A stretch of 22,090 bases of DNA, from the NCBI GenBank assembly GCA_040902005.1, contig JBBDYA010000099.1, forward strand, positions 68,132 through 90,221, written 5' to 3'. Under the pieces are notes generated by a model. The model did not search any database, was not told where the DNA came from, and saw nothing but the letters and a program-made list of their open reading frames with translations. The DNA comes from Gemmatimonadaceae bacterium. Its GTDB lineage: Bacteria; Gemmatimonadota; Gemmatimonadetes; Gemmatimonadales; Gemmatimonadaceae. This document shows positions 16,589 to 22,090 of this stretch, one piece after another (positions within the stretch are counted from its first letter, which is position 1; each line of letters begins with the position of its first letter). A program made the position numbers and the translations under genes.

Positions 16589-16915
16589 ATGGCCGGCTCC
16601 GATCTGTTCACTGGAACGCTCGACCTCCTCATCCTGAAGGCGGTGACCTGGGGACCGCGGCACGGCTACGCCATCGGTCGCTGGATTCGGGAAACCACCG
16701 CGGATGTGCTCGTCGTGCAGGAGGGCGCGCTCTATCCCGCGCTGCACCGGCTGGAGCGAAAGGGGTGGCTCAGTGAAGACTGGCGCGAGTCGGAGACCGG
16801 GCGGCAGGCGAAGTACTACACGCTGACCCCACCCGGACGGGCGCATCTGCGTGCCGAACGCAAGCGCTGGGAGCGGTTTTCCGGCGCCGTGGCGCGCGCC
16901 CTCGCGGCAGCATAA
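16589..16915 (+). CDS. PadR-family transcriptional regulator (acidobacterial type)
   Basis: 'GTLDLLILK...HGYAIG...QEGALYPALHRLE..G...SETGRQAKYYTLT..G'. Confidence 0.95.
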   Translation: MAGSDLFTGTLDLLILKAVTWGPRHGYAIGRWIRETTADVLVVQEGALYPALHRLERKGWLSEDWRESETGRQAKYYTLTPPGRAHLRAERKRWERFSGAVARALAAA

Positions 16916-16927
16916 CGGGAGATTCAC

Positions 16928-19576
16928 ATGACGAAGAAGTCCTTCCGGTTGTCCGACGTCCGCCCCGACGCCACACGCGACGTGGACGACGAGTTGGCAT
17001 TTCACCTCGAGATGCGCGCCCGGGAATTCATGGAGCAGGGGATGCCCGAAGCGGAGGCGCGCCGGCGCGCGACGGAGTCGTTCGGCGACCTGCACGCGAT
17101 TCGCGGCGACCTGCGCAGCGAACGCGCGAACCGGAACGTCGCGCGCTCGCGGCGCGATTGGTGGTCCGACCTGCGGCTGGACCTGCGATTCGCGATACGC
17201 TCGCTCGCGAAGAACCGCGCCTTCGCACTGGCTGCGATCACGACGCTCGCGCTCGGCATCGGCGCCAACACCGCGGTCTTCTCGCTCGTCAACAGCGTGC
17301 TGCTCAAGCCACTGCCCTTCCCGGACGCCGATCGGCTCGTGGTGGTGCACGGCCGCTATCCCGAGTTCGGCCGGACGACGACGTCGCTCCCCGATTTCCG
17401 TGACTGGCGCGACAACAGCACCGGCAGCTTCGCACAGTTCGCTGCGCGGCATTCCACGGTGTTCAACCTGACCGGCTCTGGCGAACCCGTGCAGCTGCGC
17501 GCCGACCGGGTCACCGCCAACTTCTTCACCACGCTGGGCGTGCAGCCGAGGCTCGGGCGTGGCTTCCTGCCGGACGAGGAGCGTGGCGAAGAACACCACG
17601 TCGTGGTGCTGAGCCACGGGTTCTGGCAACGCCAGTTCGGCGGCGATCCGGCAATCCTAGGACAGACGATCCAGTTGAGCGGGACCGCGCATGCGGTGGT
17701 GGGCATCGCGCCTCCGCAGTTCCGGTTCTGGCGCGACGTGGATCTGTGGGCGCCTGCGCGCACGGACACGCCCGACGCAAACCGACGCGCCGAGTACATG
17801 ATCGCATTCGGCCGGTTGAAGCCTGGTGCCACGCCGACGCAGGCGAGCGCCGAGATGGCCACCATCGTGCAGCGTCTGGCCGATCAGTACCCGGCCACGA
17901 ACGGCAATTTGAGCTCGGAGGTCGTCACGCTGCACGACCAGACGGTGGCCGCGGCGCGCCCCGCGCTGCTGGTGTTTGCGGGCGCCGTGGCCCTCGTACT
18001 GCTCATTGCCTGCGCGAACGTGGCGAATCTGCTGCTGGCGCGCGCGGCGGCACGCGAGCGGGAAATCGCGGTGCGCGTCGCGCTTGGCGCGAGCCGCGGC
18101 CGCCTCATTCGCCAGCTGCTCACGGAGAGCGCGCTCGTGGCGTTGCTCGGCGGCGTCATCGGGCTTGTGCTCGCGGCGTGGGCCATTGGCACTTTGCGCG
18201 CCTCCGGGACAGCGCTGGTGCCGCGGCTCACCGAGGTGCGGGTGGACCTGATGGTGGCTGGGTTCTCGCTGGGCCTGTCGCTGGTCACCGGGCTGATCTT
18301 CGGGCTCGCGCCCGCCATCCGGCTGGCGGCCGGCGGCATGCATGCGTCGCTCAAGGAGGGCGCGCGCGGCGCGGCAGGCGGCGCGGTCACGCGTCTGCGC
18401 AGCGGCCTGGTGCTATCCGAGGTGGCGCTCGCGGTCGTTCTTCTCGTTGGCGCGGGGCTGTTGGTCCGATCCTTCGACAAGCTCAATCGCGTGGACCCCG
18501 GCTTCAATCCCGAGGGAGTGATCACCTATCAGGTGGTCTTCCCTTCCACGCGCTATCCGGCTGCGAGCCTTCCGCAGCAGTACGCGCCGATACTCGAACG
18601 CACGCTGGCGGTGCCGGGAGTGCGCGGCGCCGCGATCGCGAGCAACCTTCCGATGCAGGGGGCGGGCTACGCCTCCATCGCCGTAGAAGGTCGCGTGGTT
18701 CCCGACGGGGCCGGCAGACCGCCGGAGGACGCGCAGCCGTTTACGGTCTCACCTGACTACCTCACGGTCATGGGGCTCACCCTCCAGGCCGGCCGCTTCA
18801 TCGATGCACGGGATGTGGACGGCGCGCTCGACGTGGCGGTCATCAATACCGAATTCGCGCGGCTGTACATCCCGGACGGACGCGATCCGGTCGGCGCCCG
18901 CGTGACCTTCGGCAACCCGGCGGCGCCCGACGTGGCCTGGTGGACGGTGGTGGGCGTCGTTGATGTCGTCGCCCAGGAAGGGCTCGACGCGAAACCGTAT
19001 GCGCAGATCTACCTGCCCATCGCGCAGGCGCCGCGTCGCGGGATCTACGTGATCGCCCGCTCGGACAGCGATCCACTGGCAGTAGTGCCCGGCCTGCGCC
19101 AGGCGCTGAAGGGCGTGGACGCCGAGCTGCCGATGAACGACGTGCAGACCATGGCGGCGCGTGTGTCGAACAGCATCGCCGCGCCGCGCGTCAGCGTCAC
19201 CGTGCTGACCGTCTTTGCCGGCATCGCGCTGGCGCTCGCCGCCATCGGCATCTATGGCGTGCTGTCGTACTCGGTGGAGCAGCGCACGCGCGAGATCGGG
19301 ATTCGCATGGCGCTCGGCGCGAACGCCCGCGATGTACGGTACCTCATCGTCCGCCAGGGAATGATTCCGGCACTCATCGGCCTGGCACTCGGCCTCGGCG
19401 GCGCGCTGCTCGCCGGCCGGTTGATGACGAGGCTCCTGTATGGTGTGGCGCCGTCGGACGTGATGACCTTCGCGGTCGTCGCGGGGTTTCTCGCATCCAT
19501 CGCCTTCCTCGCGAGCTACATCCCCGCACGACGCGCCACGCGTGTCGCGCCAACCGAGGCGCTCCGCTACGACTAG
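16928..19576 (+). CDS. Duplicated orphan ABC permease (ADOP; MacB/FtsX-like)
   Basis: 'DDELAFHLEMR', 'TLALGIGANTAVFS', 'VLLIACANVANLLLARA' and 'GIYGVLSYSV.QRTREIGIRMALGA'. SD GGGAG. Confidence 0.95.
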   Translation: MTKKSFRLSDVRPDATRDVDDELAFHLEMRAREFMEQGMPEAEARRRATESFGDLHAIRGDLRSERANRNVARSRRDWWSDLRLDLRFAIRSLAKNRAFALAAITTLALGIGANTAVFSLVNSVLLKPLPFPDADRLVVVHGRYPEFGRTTTSLPDFRDWRDNSTGSFAQFAARHSTVFNLTGSGEPVQLRADRVTANFFTTLGVQPRLGRGFLPDEERGEEHHVVVLSHGFWQRQFGGDPAILGQTIQLSGTAHAVVGIAPPQFRFWRDVDLWAPARTDTPDANRRAEYMIAFGRLKPGATPTQASAEMATIVQRLADQYPATNGNLSSEVVTLHDQTVAAARPALLVFAGAVALVLLIACANVANLLLARAAAREREIAVRVALGASRGRLIRQLLTESALVALLGGVIGLVLAAWAIGTLRASGTALVPRLTEVRVDLMVAGFSLGLSLVTGLIFGLAPAIRLAAGGMHASLKEGARGAAGGAVTRLRSGLVLSEVALAVVLLVGAGLLVRSFDKLNRVDPGFNPEGVITYQVVFPSTRYPAASLPQQYAPILERTLAVPGVRGAAIASNLPMQGAGYASIAVEGRVVPDGAGRPPEDAQPFTVSPDYLTVMGLTLQAGRFIDARDVDGALDVAVINTEFARLYIPDGRDPVGARVTFGNPAAPDVAWWTVVGVVDVVAQEGLDAKPYAQIYLPIAQAPRRGIYVIARSDSDPLAVVPGLRQALKGVDAELPMNDVQTMAARVSNSIAAPRVSVTVLTVFAGIALALAAIGIYGVLSYSVEQRTREIGIRMALGANARDVRYLIVRQGMIPALIGLALGLGGALLAGRLMTRLLYGVAPSDVMTFAVVAGFLASIAFLASYIPARRATRVAPTEALRYD

Positions 19577-20328
19577 GGAAAGCCGGTGACCTCGGCGGCC
19601 GCGTCCTGGAGCAGCGCGGCCCGCGCCGCTGACACGCTGATCACCGGGCCGTGAGAGAGCTTGAGCGCGCGCGGTAGTCCGCGCGGCGTCTTCTCCAGTA
19701 GCCGCGCGTAGATCACCAGCGCGGAGAGATACGCGCCTTCCACGGATGGATGCAGGCCGTCCGCGTACAGGTTGATCGTCGCATCGCGCTCCCACGCCGC
19801 GAGCCACGCCGCGGCGACAGGCAGCAGCACCCCGTCCACATCCTGGGCCGCGAGCGTGTACGACTCGATCGCCCGCGGAAAGTCCTGCCGGCGGCTGGCC
19901 TGGGGCCACGCGGAGAACAGCGCGGGGCGGGCGTGCACCGTGGCCATCTCGGCCGCAAAGAGCGCGGTCACCAGGCGCAGCGAATCCCGGTTGACCTCCA
20001 CCGACGACGGACCCTGCTGCAACACCACCCAGTCCCACCCGCCCCGCCTGATCTCTCCAGTGGCCACCCCGGAGTTCCAGTGATCGATGAGCGCAACGTC
20101 AGGGGCTGCCACCGTGAGCGCGGCCAGCTTGTCGCCGCCGGCGGAGTCCGCCAGTGCCACGACGATGGACGGAATGTGCTGCGTGTACAGATAACTGTTG
20201 CCGACGAAGAGGATGCGTCGCCCCTCCCCGATGGGGCCCGGGCCGGTGATCCCGGGGCCGTCAAGACAGCCGCAGAGAGCCAGCGACAGTGCGAGCGCCG
20301 CATGGCTGGCGCGGTGTGGGCGTCTCAT
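19573..20328 (-). CDS. SGNH/GDSL-type hydrolase lipoprotein
   Basis: Lipobox 'LCGC', block I 'ILFVGNSY', 'WDWVVLQQ' and catalytic 'DGLHPS'. Confidence 0.85.
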   Translation of the reverse strand: MRRPHRASHAALALSLALCGCLDGPGITGPGPIGEGRRILFVGNSYLYTQHIPSIVVALADSAGGDKLAALTVAAPDVALIDHWNSGVATGEIRRGGWDWVVLQQGPSSVEVNRDSLRLVTALFAAEMATVHARPALFSAWPQASRRQDFPRAIESYTLAAQDVDGVLLPVAAAWLAAWERDATINLYADGLHPSVEGAYLSALVIYARLLEKTPRGLPRALKLSHGPVISVSAARAALLQDAAAEVTGFP

Positions 20329-21071
20329 GGTGTGTCCGTTGGATCGTGTGACAGAGGCCGGTCCGGGCGCACCGATTCGGCGACCACCGGCTTCGCGATG
20401 TTGAACCGGAGCGGGAGTTCCACCACCTGTCTCACCCTGGCCACGCCGATGCGCGCGGCCGAGAACTTCATCCCCGGAAGCGCGTCGCGAATGGACTGGG
20501 CAAACTCCGGGTGGGTGGTCGAGATGACAAAGAAAGACGCGACGTCCGCGCGGCCGGCGGTATCGACGATGAACTGGACGATCGCCATCCCTTCGATCCC
20601 GAGGTTGAGCAGCGTGGGGGGATACGCGGGAGCGGCACTGCCCGGAAGGCGCACGGCAGCAGAGTCCACCTCCACGGTCGTGAATACGGAATCCAACCCG
20701 ATTTCGGCGCCGGTACCCGCGTCCTCCGATGATTGCTCCGCGACGCCGCCGCCGTTCGCATCGCCCGGGTGCGCCGCCCGCGCGGGCGCACTGAACGGCC
20801 GGGGCATGGGCGGCAAGTCCGTGTCGATCGCGCCCAGCACCGGCTGGCCCAGGTCTACATACCGAAGGGATTCCCGCCCCACGTCTCTGATTCGGCTGGG
20901 ATCGGGCGGGGGAAGGTACGCCACGCGCTGCGCATGCTCGGTGACCGCCTCCCTCGCATCCACTTCGCTCGCCAGCGCCCAGAGCGTCACGAGCACGCCA
21001 TGAAACGCGATGCTGAAACCGGCGCTCGCGCCGTCCGCGGCGCGCGTGAGGTTCCAGCTATGCTGTGGCAT
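20325..21071 (-). CDS. TonB-family energy transducer
   Basis: TM segment with SxxxH ('SIAFH'), Pro-rich linker and TonB_C 'YP..L...GIEG...VQFIVDTAGR'. ATGA overlap with the SGNH gene. Confidence 0.85.
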   Translation of the reverse strand: MPQHSWNLTRAADGASAGFSIAFHGVLVTLWALASEVDAREAVTEHAQRVAYLPPPDPSRIRDVGRESLRYVDLGQPVLGAIDTDLPPMPRPFSAPARAAHPGDANGGGVAEQSSEDAGTGAEIGLDSVFTTVEVDSAAVRLPGSAAPAYPPTLLNLGIEGMAIVQFIVDTAGRADVASFFVISTTHPEFAQSIRDALPGMKFSAARIGVARVRQVVELPLRFNIAKPVVAESVRPDRPLSHDPTDTP

Positions 21072-21194
21072 GCCGCAGGTTCGTCAGCGTGCACGTGCCG
21101 CACACTGGATTCGGGATGAAGCGTGACGTTTCAGGGGTGAGCCGTGGTCCGATTGCCGGGCAGATCGGTAGCTTGTGTCGAGTTCAACCCTCGA

Positions 21195-22090
21195 ATGTCA
21201 TCGCGCTTCCGCTGGCTCCCACTTGTTGTCGCCTGGACTGCGTTCGGTTTGGCGCAGGGTCTGATTCGCACCGCCGCGAACGCTTCGCCGGCGGCGCTCC
21301 TCGGGGTGCTCGCGTTCGACGTCCCGCTGGCGCTGCTGTGGGCCGCGTTCACGCCGGTGGTGGGGCACTGGAGCGCGGCGGTGGGCCGTCGCACCCCCTC
21401 TCGGGCGCTTCGCGTGCTCGCGCATGTTCCACTCGCCGTCCTGGCCGGACTGCTGTACACGTTGCTGCGGCGATCCCTCGCGGTGGCGCTCGGCAACTCA
21501 CTCGGAGTGCCCTTCCACGTCACGCTGCTCTTCTTCGCGGATATCGTGGTCGCGAGCTACGTGGCGGCCGCGTGGGCGGCGCGCACCATGGACGCCGAGC
21601 GGGCGCGCACGGTCCGCGAGCAGCGCACGAACCTGCTGCGCGCGCAATTGTCGTCCGCCCGAACGCAGTACCTCGACCTGCAGCTCCAGCCGCACTTCCT
21701 CTTCAACACGCTCGGTGCCATCTCCGAGCTGGCGCACGAGGCGCCGCGCAGCGCGGCGCGCATGATTCGCAACGTGATCATGCTTCTTCAGACGGCCGCA
21801 TCGCGACACGAGCGTGCGCTCGTCACGCTCGGAGAGGAACTGGACGCGCTGCAGCCCTACCTGGAGATCCAGCGTCTCCGCTTCTCCGACTGGCTCACGA
21901 TCGAAGAGAGCGCCGACGTCGCCTCGCGCGCGGCACTCGTTCCGCAATTCATCCTGCAGCCGCTGGTGGAAAACGCAGTGCACCATGGCCTGAAGGGGCG
22001 CACGGAACGGGGACACATCGCGATTCGCGCCCGGATCGCTTCGGGTCGGCTGGTCATCGAGGTCATGGACAACGGGGTGGGCCTCCAGGT
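21195..22090 (+). CDS. LytS/YehU-type membrane sensor histidine kinase (3' end outside the window)
   Basis: Not in the ORF track because it has no stop in the window. From ATG 21195: MSSRFRWLPLVVAW..., TM helices, 'QLQPHFLFNTL', 'TLGEEL...YLEIQRLRF', 'ILQPLVENAVHHG' and 'VMDNGVG'. Confidence 0.92.
   Translation, partial: MSSRFRWLPLVVAWTAFGLAQGLIRTAANASPAALLGVLAFDVPLALLWAAFTPVVGHWSAAVGRRTPSRALRVLAHVPLAVLAGLLYTLLRRSLAVALGNSLGVPFHVTLLFFADIVVASYVAAAWAARTMDAERARTVREQRTNLLRAQLSSARTQYLDLQLQPHFLFNTLGAISELAHEAPRSAARMIRNVIMLLQTAASRHERALVTLGEELDALQPYLEIQRLRFSDWLTIEESADVASRAALVPQFILQPLVENAVHHGLKGRTERGHIAIRARIASGRLVIEVMDNGVGLQ

Noticed and set aside
11200..19330. Similar DNA segments between the two permease genes
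   Set aside because: Explained by conserved protein motifs in paralogs, not by a mobile repeat.
19750..21003. 417-aa plus-strand ORF (and 18749-20038 on minus)
   Set aside because: Overlap well-supported genes on the opposite strand; no recognisable domains.

Overview
GC-rich bacterial chromosomal segment. The PadR/duplicated-permease modules and overall gene style suggest Gemmatimonadota or Acidobacteriota (inference). No rRNA, tRNA, CRISPR or mobile element is evident. Gene order: secreted beta-propeller/amidohydrolase; a minus-strand csp-rpsU-infA cluster with striking cis-RNA structures (SD-sequestering switch, internal terminator); Ogt; a degenerate receiver-like ORF; a SufR-like Cys-rich regulator divergent from a 39-codon ORF, a Rieske/FAD reductase and folE; a TraR/DksA Zn-finger gene behind a ~275-nt structured leader; a class A beta-lactamase with a long omega-loop insertion; a lipoprotein; two divergent PadR + orphan ABC-permease modules sharing a CCTA-N7-TAGG-type operator and flanking an LVIVD protein and a hypothetical; an SGNH lipoprotein; TonB; and a LytS-type kinase cut off by the window end. 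The best candidates for undescribed biology are the RNA-controlled csp-rpsU-infA module, the dksA leader and the SufR-like/Rieske-reductase/FolE unit. All calls come from reading motifs by eye; no searches or folding programs were run.
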